Positions 54,224-63,387 of a stretch of 64,000 nucleotides of DNA are shown here, piece after piece. The DNA lies in NCBI GenBank assembly GCA_009702325.1, contig WLID01000003.1, positions 39,658 through 103,657 of the forward strand. Direction: 5' to 3'. Position 1 is the stretch's first letter; each line of letters starts with the position of its first letter. A program made the position numbers and the translations under genes. This stretch comes from Actinomycetota bacterium. Lineage in GTDB: Bacteria > Actinomycetota > Thermoleophilia > Gaiellales > Gaiellaceae. The notes under the pieces were generated by a model, which saw only the letters and a list, made by a program, of their open reading frames with translations, was not told the origin of the DNA and searched no databases.

Positions 54224-54450
54224 GCGGTTTTGTTCTTCGGACCCGTCTGGAACCAGGCGAACGCGAACGCTGCGAGGCCGACGAAGAACGAGGCGATGCC
54301 GTGCTTCACGTGATGGTGGGCTGAACCAGCTTCATGGCCCGGGAAGAAGCTTGGAAGCGACTTCGCCGGCTCAGCCAGATAGACGATGCCGATGACGACG
54401 AGTGCAACGCCGATGACCACCGCTGCTGCGACAAGAAGCTTCGTGTTCCG
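54220..54450 (-). CDS. small two-TM membrane protein with His-rich loop
   Basis: MRNTKLLVAAAVVIGVALVVIGIVYL...GSAHHHVKHGIASFFVGLAAFAFAWF. Its stop overlaps the uppP start. Confidence 0.45.
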   Translation of the reverse strand, partial: RNTKLLVAAAVVIGVALVVIGIVYLAEPAKSLPSFFPGHEAGSAHHHVKHGIASFFVGLAAFAFAWFQTGPKNKTA

Positions 54451-54519
54451 CATACTGCGAAGAGCATAGACAGCGTTGCGGTCGTCCGAGACGAGACCGT
54501 ACCGACCAGAACGCGAAAA

Positions 54520-54552
54520 GGTCACCGGATTGAAACCCCTCGTTTACACCGG
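54520..54552 (+). promoter_or_regulatory. weak PHO-box-like repeats upstream of ppk1
   Basis: GGTCACCGGAT TGAAACCCCTC GTTTACACCGG has 11-nt phasing but degenerate cores. Confidence 0.3.
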
Positions 54553-54607
54553 TTACGACAAGATCGAACGTGCGGCCACATCGCGTCGGCCCTCCTTTGA
54601 TGCGTCT

Positions 54608-56656
54608 ATGAACACACTTCTCAACCGCGAACTCTCGTGGCTCGAACTCAATCGGCGTGTGCTCGATCTCGCGTCCGATCCGAGCGAACCGCTGCTCGAG
54701 CGAGTCAAGTTCTGTGGGATCTTTTCGTCGAACCTCGACGAGTTTTTCATGGTGCGTGTGGCTGGCCTGCTCGACCAGGTGATTGGGCGTGTCAACGTCC
54801 GCTCGCCGGATGGGCGCACGCCGGCGCAGGCGCTCGCTGAGGTGCGTCAGGGTGTGCTTGATCTCTGCCACCGTCAATCCGACCTGTGGCGTAACGATCT
54901 CTGCCCCGCGTTGGGCTCGGAAGGGATCCGTGTTGGGACAGTCGCAGACGCTGACGAACGGGAAATCGCCGCGCTCGCTGGCACGTTCGAACGTTTGATC
55001 TTCCCGGTTCTCACCCCGCTTGCGGTCGGTCCCGGTCAGCCGTTCCCGTACATCTCTGGCCTTTCACTCTCGCTCGGGGTGAACGTGCGTAACCCCGACT
55101 CAGGCGAAGAGCGGTTCGCTCGGGTGAAGGTTCCTGAGGGTCTCCCCCGCTTTGTGGCGGCGGGTGACAACGGCCTACTCGTGCCGCTCGAGGATGTGAT
55201 CTCGCACTATCTCGATCTCCTGTTCCCCGGGATGAATGTCACCGAGCAGACGGCGTTTCGCCTGACGCGCGATGGTGACACGGAAATCTCTGACGATGCA
55301 GACGACCTCCTCGGTGCAGTTGAAACGGAACTTCGTCGTCGTCGGTTTGGCGCGGTTGTCCGGCTTGAGGTCGCCGACTCTATTTCGCAGCCCATGGTTG
55401 ATCGCTTGGTCGAGCGCCTTTCGATCCGTCCCGACGTGGTCTATCCCGTCCATGGCATGCTCGACCTCGCCGACGTCATGCAGCTGTGCGATCTCGACAG
55501 GCCTGATCTGAAGAACGAGCCCTGGGTACCGCGAACGCAGCGTCGGATCTCTTCACCACGCGACAACGACCTGTTTGCGGAGATCGCCGCCGGCGATGTC
55601 TTTGTCCAGCATCCGTATGACTCGTTTGGGACGAGCGTCGAGGCGTTTGTGCGGGCTGCTGCGAATGATCCTCAGGTCGTCACGCTTAAGACGACGGTCT
55701 ACCGCACCAGCGAAGACTCTGCGCTCGCGCCGGCGCTGATGCAGGCCGCCGAAAACGGCAAGCAAAGCGTGTGTCTTGTCGAGCTGAAGGCGAGGTTCGA
55801 TGAACAGCGGAATATCGAGTGGGCGCGTTCGCTTGAAAAGGCTGGCGTGCATGTTGCGTTTGGTTTCCCTGACCTGAAGATCCACGCGAAGACGATTCTT
55901 GTCGTCCGCCGGGAAGGTGATCGGCTGCGGCGGTATGTGCACATCGGCACGGGCAACTACCACGCCCGAACGGCTCGTATGTATGAAGACGTCGGGCTCT
56001 TCACGGCTGATCCTGACATCGCCGCTGATGTCGCTGACCTCTTTAACTTCGTGACAGGCTTTGGGCGCCCGCAGGAGTTCCGCAAGCTGCTTGTGGCGCC
56101 GTTCCATATGCGCAAGAAGCTTGTGGAGCACATTCGGCGTGTCGCGACAGCTGCTGAGAACGGGGAGCACGCGCGCATCCGTTTGAAGCTCAACAACCTC
56201 ACCGACCCTTCGATCATCGAAGAGCTCTACAAAGCATCGCAGGCGGGGGCGCAGATCGATCTTGTGGTGCGCGCTATCTGTGCACTGACGCCCGGGGTGC
56301 CCGGATTGAGCGAAAACATCCGTGTGCGTTCGGTTCTCGGTCGATTCCTCGAGCACAGCCGGATCTACTGCTTCGAGTCGGGCGAAGATCGCACGTACCT
56401 GATGGGCAGTGCCGACATGATGACCCGCAACCTTGATCATCGCATCGAGATTCTCGTTCCTGTCGAAACTGTGCTTGCGCGCAACGAGGTCGAGACGATT
56501 CTCAAGTCGCTGCTCGCCGACAACACGAATGCGTGGGAGTTGGCCGCCGACGGCACGTGGACGCGCGTCATGCAGCCGAAGGGTGAGCGGCGTAAGACCG
56601 CGCAGTCGATGGCGATGCGACGGCGGGCCCGGTCGCGCCGTACCACCCCGCGCTAG
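54608..56656 (+). CDS. ppk1: polyphosphate kinase 1
   Basis: From ATG 54608: LNRELSWLELNRRVL..ERVKFCGIFSSNLDEFFMVRV. Two PLD-like HKD domains (KIHAKTILV.., LEHSRIY). Confidence 0.95.
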   Translation: MNTLLNRELSWLELNRRVLDLASDPSEPLLERVKFCGIFSSNLDEFFMVRVAGLLDQVIGRVNVRSPDGRTPAQALAEVRQGVLDLCHRQSDLWRNDLCPALGSEGIRVGTVADADEREIAALAGTFERLIFPVLTPLAVGPGQPFPYISGLSLSLGVNVRNPDSGEERFARVKVPEGLPRFVAAGDNGLLVPLEDVISHYLDLLFPGMNVTEQTAFRLTRDGDTEISDDADDLLGAVETELRRRRFGAVVRLEVADSISQPMVDRLVERLSIRPDVVYPVHGMLDLADVMQLCDLDRPDLKNEPWVPRTQRRISSPRDNDLFAEIAAGDVFVQHPYDSFGTSVEAFVRAAANDPQVVTLKTTVYRTSEDSALAPALMQAAENGKQSVCLVELKARFDEQRNIEWARSLEKAGVHVAFGFPDLKIHAKTILVVRREGDRLRRYVHIGTGNYHARTARMYEDVGLFTADPDIAADVADLFNFVTGFGRPQEFRKLLVAPFHMRKKLVEHIRRVATAAENGEHARIRLKLNNLTDPSIIEELYKASQAGAQIDLVVRAICALTPGVPGLSENIRVRSVLGRFLEHSRIYCFESGEDRTYLMGSADMMTRNLDHRIEILVPVETVLARNEVETILKSLLADNTNAWELAADGTWTRVMQPKGERRKTAQSMAMRRRARSRRTTPR

Positions 56657-56665
56657 GGTGCTGAC

Positions 56666-57571
56666 ATGTGGCGTCGTCATCATGATCCTATGCCGCTCGG
56701 GGTCGTCGACGTGGGTGCAAACACCGTCCGCCTCCTTGTGAAGGCGGGCGACAACGTCATCCACCGCAGAAGGGCGATGCTTGGACTCGGCCAAGCCGTT
56801 GAGCTCTTCGGCGAGATTCCCGGCGAGAAGGTCGACGAGGCCGCTTGGACGGTCGCAGCGTTCGTGATCGATGCGCGCGCGCATGGTGCCGAACGTGTGG
56901 AGGTGCTCGTGACGAGCCCTGGCAGGCAGGCAACGAATGGCGACGCGCTGATTGAAAGACTTGCAGAGATCTCAGGAGCCCCTGTCCGCGTTCTCAGCTC
57001 GGAGGAAGAGGGCCAGCTTGGCTTCCAGGGCGCCTTGAACGCGCTTCGCGTGCCACCGCGCGAGACGCTCGCGGTTGTCGATGTCGGGGGTGGGTCAGCG
57101 CAAATCGCGATCGGCACGAAGCGCGACGGGGCTACCTGGGTGCGCTCAATCGACCTTGGCTCGATGCGGCTCACGAGCCGATTGCTTCAAGGGAATCCTC
57201 CAGGGCGCGAAGCGATGGAAGCCGCCCGCCGCGAGGTGCGCGCTGCTCTCATCGGAATTGAGCCGCCGTTCGCTGAGGAGGGGCTTGCTGTTGGTGGCAG
57301 CGCCCGCGCGTTGCGCGAACTCACTGGCCCGACGCTGACGGCAGAGGCTCTCCGGCGTGCGGAGTCGATCTTGACGTACACGCCGCACGACCAGCTTGTT
57401 GAGGTGTGGAACATCGAGGAGGATCGTGTCCCCACGATCGCGGCCGGCACGGTGATTCTCTCGGCGCTCCAAGAGATCGTGAACGTGCCGCTTCGTGTAC
57501 GGCGTGGCGGTCTCCGCGATGGGGCGCTTGCCGAGCTTGAGCAGCGTATTCGCGCCGCCCGCGCCGCCTGA
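56666..57571 (+). CDS. ppx: Ppx/GppA family exopolyphosphatase
   Basis: ASKHA-fold motifs VVDVGANTVRLLV and VVDVGGGSAQI. Confidence 0.85.
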   Translation: MWRRHHDPMPLGVVDVGANTVRLLVKAGDNVIHRRRAMLGLGQAVELFGEIPGEKVDEAAWTVAAFVIDARAHGAERVEVLVTSPGRQATNGDALIERLAEISGAPVRVLSSEEEGQLGFQGALNALRVPPRETLAVVDVGGGSAQIAIGTKRDGATWVRSIDLGSMRLTSRLLQGNPPGREAMEAARREVRAALIGIEPPFAEEGLAVGGSARALRELTGPTLTAEALRRAESILTYTPHDQLVEVWNIEEDRVPTIAAGTVILSALQEIVNVPLRVRRGGLRDGALAELEQRIRAARAA

Positions 57572-57577
57572 TCGCTC

Positions 57578-58426
57578 TTACGTTGCGGTGCCGCTTGCAC
57601 GCGCGAGTCGACGCCATGCCGCTGGAAGTCGCTGCCGCACCTTCGCTCGAATCCCGCGTTCCCGCTCAATGATTCGACCTGCGGCGAGTTCGGCACCTGA
57701 TACCGCGTAGTCGCGGATCCGTTCCTCTGCAACGTGCGCGTCTTGATGAACGCCGATGAGGTTCTGCAGGTTCCGAAGCGCTTTTGTCAGCTCCCGTGAA
57801 GCCTCTGCTTCTCGACCGATCAGCACGTCGACCGCATAGCGTGTGCGCTTGACTTTGATCCTGATTGCATGGAGTGCGATATCTGTCGGGTCGTCTCCGA
57901 GCCGCCGCCGTGCTTTCCAAAGCCGCTCGACCTGGTTCCGCGCGATCGTCTCTGGTGATTCATTTCCGACGACAGCGGCGGGCCGTTCGGTTACCGAACG
58001 AAAGACGTCGAGAAGTTCTGCGAAGCGCTCCGAGAGCAACGCGTTCAGGACACGTTGGCGCGCCACTTCCTGATCGGCACGAACGACCGCAAGAATCGCG
58101 AGCCCGCCTTCTGTGTCGACGTCGAGTTCGGCGATCACTGGTTCGAGATTTGCTTGCAGCACCTCGAGATCGCGGGCGTCGCCGGTTTCTGCGCCAAGCC
58201 AACGCAATTCGAGGTCGAGCGTGGCGTAGTAGTCGCCGACGACGGGACGGGCAGCACGGATCACGGCTCGTGCGCGCCGCGCTGAAACACGGAACTGGTG
58301 GAGCGCTTCGGCGTCTGCCGCACGCACCGCCACCGCCATCTCTTCGAGTCGTCCGAACTCGGCACGCAGACTGTTTTGGACGCGCAGCGCGACTGACATT
58401 GCGGTGGAGTCAGTGTGTTCTGCCAT
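57578..58426 (-). CDS. CHAD domain protein
   Basis: Repeated conserved-histidine helices (ALHQFRVSARRARAVIR, ALHAIRIKVKRTRYAVDV, LIGVHQDAHV). Confidence 0.8.
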   Translation of the reverse strand: MAEHTDSTAMSVALRVQNSLRAEFGRLEEMAVAVRAADAEALHQFRVSARRARAVIRAARPVVGDYYATLDLELRWLGAETGDARDLEVLQANLEPVIAELDVDTEGGLAILAVVRADQEVARQRVLNALLSERFAELLDVFRSVTERPAAVVGNESPETIARNQVERLWKARRRLGDDPTDIALHAIRIKVKRTRYAVDVLIGREAEASRELTKALRNLQNLIGVHQDAHVAEERIRDYAVSGAELAAGRIIERERGIRAKVRQRLPAAWRRLARASGTAT

Positions 58427-58454
58427 ATCCCTCCTTTAAACACGGTACGAGATC

Positions 58455-58491
58455 GGGGGTGGGCGCCCGCAGCGCGCGGACATCCACCCCC
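58455..58491 (-). terminator. candidate hairpin after the phosphoesterase gene
   Basis: GGGGGTGG...CCACCCCC (8-bp stem, large GC-rich loop). Confidence 0.25.
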
Positions 58492-58516
58492 GTCTCCCCC
58501 AGACCGGCCGCTGCGA

Positions 58517-60238
58517 TTAGCTTGCGGGGGCCTTTGCGTAGAACGCTGTTGCCAAACTCGCGAGGCCCGCATCACGGGTTCCGGGCGGCTTGAGGTTGAA
58601 GCGCTTCTCGATCGTCGTAAGGATCGACGTCGTGTCGTGCTCGACGTGATCGACGACGAAGTTCGCCTGCAGCAACGGGCTGACAACGAGCGCCGGGATA
58701 CGCGTGCCGGGGCCCCACTTGTCGTGAGCGCCAGGGACACCACCGACCGTGCCGGGAGGCAGAACGTGATCCCACTGTCCGCCGAACTCGTCGTAGGTCA
58801 CGATCACCATCGTGTCCTTCGCGCACGCGCTCGCTTCAATCGAGCTGAGGAGTTCCACGAGGTGATCGCTCCCCGTGTTTTCGCTGGCGTACCCGGGATG
58901 CTCGTTCTCCTCGCCGAGAGGCTTGATGAAGCTGACGTCGCGGAGGCCGCACGTCTTCTTTGACGCGGCGACAGCGTTCTCATAGGCAACTTCGTCCTGC
59001 AGGTGATCTGCGCGTGCGAGTGTCCCCGGTGCGTAGGCCGAGTAGTAGTTGAACGGCTGATGGTGGAACTGGAAGAGCGCATCAGGGCAGTTCGGGTAGG
59101 TCGCCGTGCCCAACGCAGTCGGGTCGGTGCACTTGCCGGGCGTGCTGCCGTTCGTCCAGCCCGGGCCGTTCACGTCACCGTTTGCGTTTGACCACCCGCC
59201 CGAGTACCAGGCCCAGGAGACCTTGCTTGCGGTCATCTCATCGCCAATGTTCGGGCTCGTGAGCGGTGGGAGCCGACGCGTGTCGGCCGTTCCGGGCTAG
59301 TACGGCTGATACCACGGCTGTGCGATGTTGACCGCGTAGTCACCGCATGTGGCAAAGGCTGGCGTAGCGGCGCGGCCCGCACCCGGGCTGCACGACGCCG
59401 TGAGCTGCTGATCCTTCACGTTGGCTCCGAGCGGCGATGCGTAGAGCGCGTAGTTGTTCGGCATCCCGTTGCCATCGACAACCGAGTGGAGGTCGTTTGA
59501 CCCTCCGTCGTTGACGGCATTCGCCCACACCGGCGCTGCAGCGGCGATTAGCCACTGGTGGTTCAGGAACGAGCCGCCGAAGGCGCCCTGGAAGAAGTTG
59601 TCCTCGATCGCGTACTTCGGTGCCGCGGAAGAGTGCAGGTACTTGTAGATGGGCAGCGACGAGGTCGTGTACATCCCCATCGCGAGGCCAGCCGCGTCGG
59701 AGCCGGTCACGTATCGATCCATCTTTCCGTTGTCGATCTGGTACTGCTCCTGGTAGTAGCGATGCACGATGTCGCGTGTGCAACCGCCGGCGAGCGCCGT
59801 GCCGTTCAGGAAGCCGTTCGATGCGAACGCACCGGGTGCAGGGCAGGTCGTTGCCGTGGCGGGGATGAACGCATCGACTGTGAAGATGCCATTTACAAAG
59901 TGGCTTGAGAACGCGGTTGCGACCGTCGTGTCGGTGCAGCTGTTCGAAAGCGGCGCCGGGGCGGTGAGGTTGACGTCGAGCTGAAGCAAGCACGTGAAAG
60001 CGGTGCCAGACTGGTTGACCTGCTTCGCCGCGTTCGTCGCCTTCGAGAGGCCGTTCACACCCTCCCAGCCGCCGTACAGGTTGTCGAAGCTGTGGTTCTC
60101 CTCGTAGATCACCACGATGTGTTTGATCTTGGCAAGCGACGCGAGGCCAGGATTGGGCTTCGCGGTGCCGCCGCCGGCAGCTGACGCCAGAGCGGTAGTC
60201 ACGACAAGTGCTGCTCCAAGAGCAGCGAGAACGATCAT
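58517..60238 (-). pseudogene. secreted phosphoesterase family protein (AcpA/phospholipase C-like) interrupted by one in-frame TAG at 59299..59297
   Basis: The N-terminal ORF (signal peptide, IKHIVVIYEENHSFDNLYGGW) and the C-terminal ORF (VSWAWYSGGW, EHPGY, VTYDEFGGQWDHV, WGPGTRIP) share one frame. The 60 nt between them read PGTADTRRLPPLTSPNIGDE with no further stop. Confidence 0.75.
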
Positions 60239-60304
60239 CCGGCGCACCTCCTGAAAACGCGGGTCTAGGGTGACCACGCAGACAGTCGCAGCGCCCACGT
60301 CACA

Positions 60305-60326
60305 CGTGGGTGACGGTGTCGTGACT
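60305..60326 (-). promoter_or_regulatory. PHO-box-like pair of 11-nt repeats upstream of the phosphoesterase gene
   Basis: Minus strand: AGTCACGACAC CGTCACCCACG, 67-88 nt upstream of ATG 60238. Confidence 0.4.
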
Positions 60327-60328
60327 TC

Positions 60329-60460
60329 GAGGTAGAGGTGTGGTTACTCGGAGTTGAGGTAGAGGTGTGGTTACTCGGAGTTGAGGTAGAGGTGTGGTTA
60401 CTCGGAGTTGAGGTAGAGGTGTGGTTACTCGGAGTTGAGGTAGAGGTGTGGTTACTCGGA
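60329..60460. repeat. perfect 27-bp tandem repeat, 4.9 copies
   Basis: Unit gaggtagaggtgtggttactcggagtt at 60329, 60356, 60383, 60410 and 60437 (the last is 24 nt). It fills the spacer between the hbd stop (60465) and the phosphoesterase promoter. Confidence 0.97.
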
Positions 60461-60464
60461 ACGC

Positions 60465-61301
60465 TTACGGGTTGTAGTCGTAGAACCCGGCGCCGCTCTT
60501 GCGGCCGAGCCGTCCGGCGGCAACGTGTGTTTCGAGCAGCGGGCAAGGCGCATAGCGGTCGCTCCCGAGCCCTCGTTCGAGGACGCGCATGATCGCGACG
60601 CACGTGTCGAGGCCGATTAGGTCGGCGAGTGCGAGCGGCCCCATCGGGTGCGCGAAGCCGAGCTTCGCGACGGTGTCGATCGCTTCGGCGGTCGCGACAC
60701 CTTCCGATAGAGCCCACACCGCTTCGTTGATGAACGGCATCAGGATCCGGTTTGCAACAAAGCCCGCCTTGTCGAGGGTCTCGACAGGCTCCTTGCCCAG
60801 TTCCCGCGTGAGTTCGACGATCGCGGCAGCGGTCTCTGGCGCTGTCGTGGGTGCGCGGATGACTTCGACGAGCGCCATCAGCGGAACGGGATTGAAGAAG
60901 TGCATCCCAACCACCGATTCGGGCCGTTGGGTTGCGGCGGCAAGCGTGGCAATCGGGATCGAGCTTGTGTTCGACGCCAGGACTGCGCCGGGTGGCAGCA
61001 GCGCATCGGCACGAGCAAAGAGATCGACCTTCACCGCTTCGTCTTCGGTGATCGCCTCGATCAGCAGGTCGGCTGGCGCGATCTCCGACACAGCTTCGAT
61101 CCGCGCCAGCACCGCGCTGGGCTCAGCACCGCCCTTTTCGGCGAGCCGCGTCAGGCTCTTCTCGATCGTCACGAGTGCGCGGTCGGTCGCGCCAGGAAAG
61201 GGATCGTGAAGCAGCACGTGACGCCCCGATCCGGCAATCACTTGGGCGATGCCGCCACCCATCTGCCCTGCGCCAACGACGAGGACGGTCGGGAACCTCA
61301 T
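60465..61301 (-). CDS. hbd: 3-hydroxybutyryl-CoA dehydrogenase
   Basis: From ATG 61301: VLVVGAGQMGGGIAQV Rossmann fold, NTSSI, and C-terminal GRKSGAGFYDY. Confidence 0.9.
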   Translation of the reverse strand: MRFPTVLVVGAGQMGGGIAQVIAGSGRHVLLHDPFPGATDRALVTIEKSLTRLAEKGGAEPSAVLARIEAVSEIAPADLLIEAITEDEAVKVDLFARADALLPPGAVLASNTSSIPIATLAAATQRPESVVGMHFFNPVPLMALVEVIRAPTTAPETAAAIVELTRELGKEPVETLDKAGFVANRILMPFINEAVWALSEGVATAEAIDTVAKLGFAHPMGPLALADLIGLDTCVAIMRVLERGLGSDRYAPCPLLETHVAAGRLGRKSGAGFYDYNP

Positions 61302-61343
61302 GCGTACCTCTCCGGAGTCACCTGGGCAGCCTACCCTTGCACG

Positions 61344-61856
61344 ATGCAGGTGAGATTTGCTGAGCCGCGTGATGCCGACGAGATTGAGCGCGTTCGCGTT
61401 CGCGGCTGGCAGGCGGCCTACCGGCATGTCTTTCCGCCCGAGAAGCTCGATGCAATTCCGCTCGATGGCTCACGTTGGCATGAGCGGCTGCTCAATCCGG
61501 AGCCCGGCTTCGAGGTGCTCGTTACGGTCGATGCTGACAAGGTCGTTGCCTTCGCGAGTCTGTACGCCTTCGAGGACGAGCCGGAGACGGCGTTGATTGG
61601 AGCGTTCTACGTTGATCCGTCCCATTGGGGAGCTGGAATCGGCGGAGGTCTGTTGCGGGAGGCTGAGGCTCGTCTCTCCGAGCGCTACACCGACGCCGTC
61701 CTTTGGGTGCTCGACGAGAATGACCGCGCACGGCGCTTCTATGAACGTGAAGGCTGGGCACCCGATGGCGCCACCGAATCGAACGAGCGGCTAGGCGTTA
61801 CCGCACTTGAGCTGCGCTATCGCAAACGGCTGAGCAGTTCGCGGTCGCGCGGGTAG
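61344..61856 (+). CDS. GNAT family N-acetyltransferase
   Basis: From ATG 61344: FYVDPSHWGAGIGGGLL acetyl-CoA motif and ARRFYEREGW. Confidence 0.8.
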   Translation: MQVRFAEPRDADEIERVRVRGWQAAYRHVFPPEKLDAIPLDGSRWHERLLNPEPGFEVLVTVDADKVVAFASLYAFEDEPETALIGAFYVDPSHWGAGIGGGLLREAEARLSERYTDAVLWVLDENDRARRFYEREGWAPDGATESNERLGVTALELRYRKRLSSSRSRG

Positions 61857-62224
61857 CTGAGCAGCGTCATCGCTTCGTCGATCGGCACCCATCGCACAGC
61901 GTCGATCTCGTTCTGTGCCTGCGCGTCACCGGCTGCCGTCATCCGGTAGTACCGCACTTCCTTCTGCCGCCCGTTGCCGTCGACGTAGAACGTCCGTCCA
62001 GCGTCACCGACGATCGTGCAGGCGAGTCCGGCCTCCTCCTCCACTTCGCGGATCGCCGCCACCTGCCACGACTCGCCGGGATCGAGTTTCCCCTTCGGGA
62101 ATGCCCAGTCGTCGTACACCTCGCGATAGACAAGCAAGACGGCGCCGTCGCGGATGATCACGCCTCCTGCCGCACGCACACGGGTTCGCCCACCGAAGCC
62201 AAACCGAAACGGCGCGAGACGCAC
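61817..62224 (-). CDS. NUDIX hydrolase
   Basis: Nudix box GKLDPGESWQVAAIREVEEEAGL. Confidence 0.8.
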   Translation of the reverse strand: MRLAPFRFGFGGRTRVRAAGGVIIRDGAVLLVYREVYDDWAFPKGKLDPGESWQVAAIREVEEEAGLACTIVGDAGRTFYVDGNGRQKEVRYYRMTAAGDAQAQNEIDAVRWVPIDEAMTLLSYPRDRELLSRLR

Positions 62225-62226
62225 GG

Positions 62227-63378
62227 CTACACCTCGATCAGCAGCGCATCGCCCTGGCCACCGCCAGAGCAGATTGCGACGGCACCGAGCCCGCCGCCGG
62301 AGCGACGCAGGTCGTGCACGAGGGTCGACACGATTCGACCGCCCGACGCGCCGATCGGGTGCCCGATCGCAATCGCGCCACCGTTGACGTTCACGCGATC
62401 CTCGTCGATGCCCAGCATTTGGGTCGACTTCCAGGCGACCGAGGCAAATGCCTCGTTCACCTCATATCGGGCGAGCTCGCTCGCCGTCTTCCCTGCCTTG
62501 CGCAACGCGTCGGCGGTTGCTTCGGCCGGTGTGCGTGCGAGGTACGCAAACTCGCCCGCATAGAAGCCCTGCGAGATGATCGTGGCGAGCGGCGTGATTC
62601 CACGCTTGCGAGCCCACTCTTCGCTGGCAACGATCACGCACGACGCGCCGTCGTTCACGCCCGGCGCGTTCCCTGCGGTCGTGGTGCCCTCCGGGTCAAA
62701 CACTGGCTTCAGCGACTGGAGCTTCTCAAGCGAGGTGTCGCGACGGGGGCTCTCGTCAGCTTCAAGGTCGCCTACCGGCACGAGCTCGTCGCGGAACAGC
62801 CCGGCATCGGCAGCGGCGATTGCGCGCTGGTGCGAGCGAAACGCCCACGCATCCTGCACATCGCGCCCGATCTCGAGCTCGCGCGAGACGTATGACGCCT
62901 GGGCGACCATGTGGCGTCCATCGAAGGTCGATTCCAGACCGTCGCAGACGGCGAGGTCGACGAGCGTTCCGTGGCCGAGCCGATACCCTGCACGCGCTTT
63001 CGGGAGCGCATAGGGCGCGTTGGTCATCGACTCCATGCCGCCGGTCACCACGAGCTCCACGTCGCCGGCGCGGATCATCGAGTCGGCGATCTCGATCGCG
63101 CGGATCGACGAGGCGCAGACCTTGTTGATCGTGTCAGAGGGGGTCTCGATCGGAATGCCTGCGGCGACCGCAGCCTGTCGCGCGGGAGCCTGCCCGACGC
63201 CACCCTGCAACACCTGCCCCATGATCACGTAGTCGGGCTCGTGCGCCTCAATCCCGGCGCGCTCCAACGCGCCACGGATCGCGAACGAGCCGAGCTGCGG
63301 GCCGGTGTACTGCGCCAGTCCTCCGGCGAGCTTGCCAAATGGGGTGCGCACTGCGGAGACGATCACGGATCGGGTCAT
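62227..63378 (-). CDS. acetyl-CoA C-acetyltransferase (thiolase II)
   Basis: Active-site regions INKVCASS, NVNGGAIAIGHPIGASG and CSGGGQGDA. Confidence 0.95.
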   Translation of the reverse strand: MTRSVIVSAVRTPFGKLAGGLAQYTGPQLGSFAIRGALERAGIEAHEPDYVIMGQVLQGGVGQAPARQAAVAAGIPIETPSDTINKVCASSIRAIEIADSMIRAGDVELVVTGGMESMTNAPYALPKARAGYRLGHGTLVDLAVCDGLESTFDGRHMVAQASYVSRELEIGRDVQDAWAFRSHQRAIAAADAGLFRDELVPVGDLEADESPRRDTSLEKLQSLKPVFDPEGTTTAGNAPGVNDGASCVIVASEEWARKRGITPLATIISQGFYAGEFAYLARTPAEATADALRKAGKTASELARYEVNEAFASVAWKSTQMLGIDEDRVNVNGGAIAIGHPIGASGGRIVSTLVHDLRRSGGGLGAVAICSGGGQGDALLIEV

Positions 63379-63387
63379 GCCTGCAAC

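Noticed and set aside
59297-59299. In-frame TAG as a pyrrolysine codon.
   Set aside because: No pyl genes or other in-frame TAGs are seen in this window, and the lineage is not known for Pyl. A nonsense mutation, sequencing error or read-through is more parsimonious.
60329-60460. Possible CRISPR array.
   Set aside because: The repeats are directly adjacent with no spacers, the unit is not palindromic, and no cas genes are present. It is a simple tandem repeat.
60265-60717. 150-aa ORF translating the tandem repeat as five PSNHTSTST units, a possible repeat protein.
   Set aside because: Its N-terminal 85 aa or so are an Arg-rich out-of-frame read of the hbd gene. No independent start or RBS precedes the repeat, and the unit is also open in two other frames. 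I treat it as non-coding.
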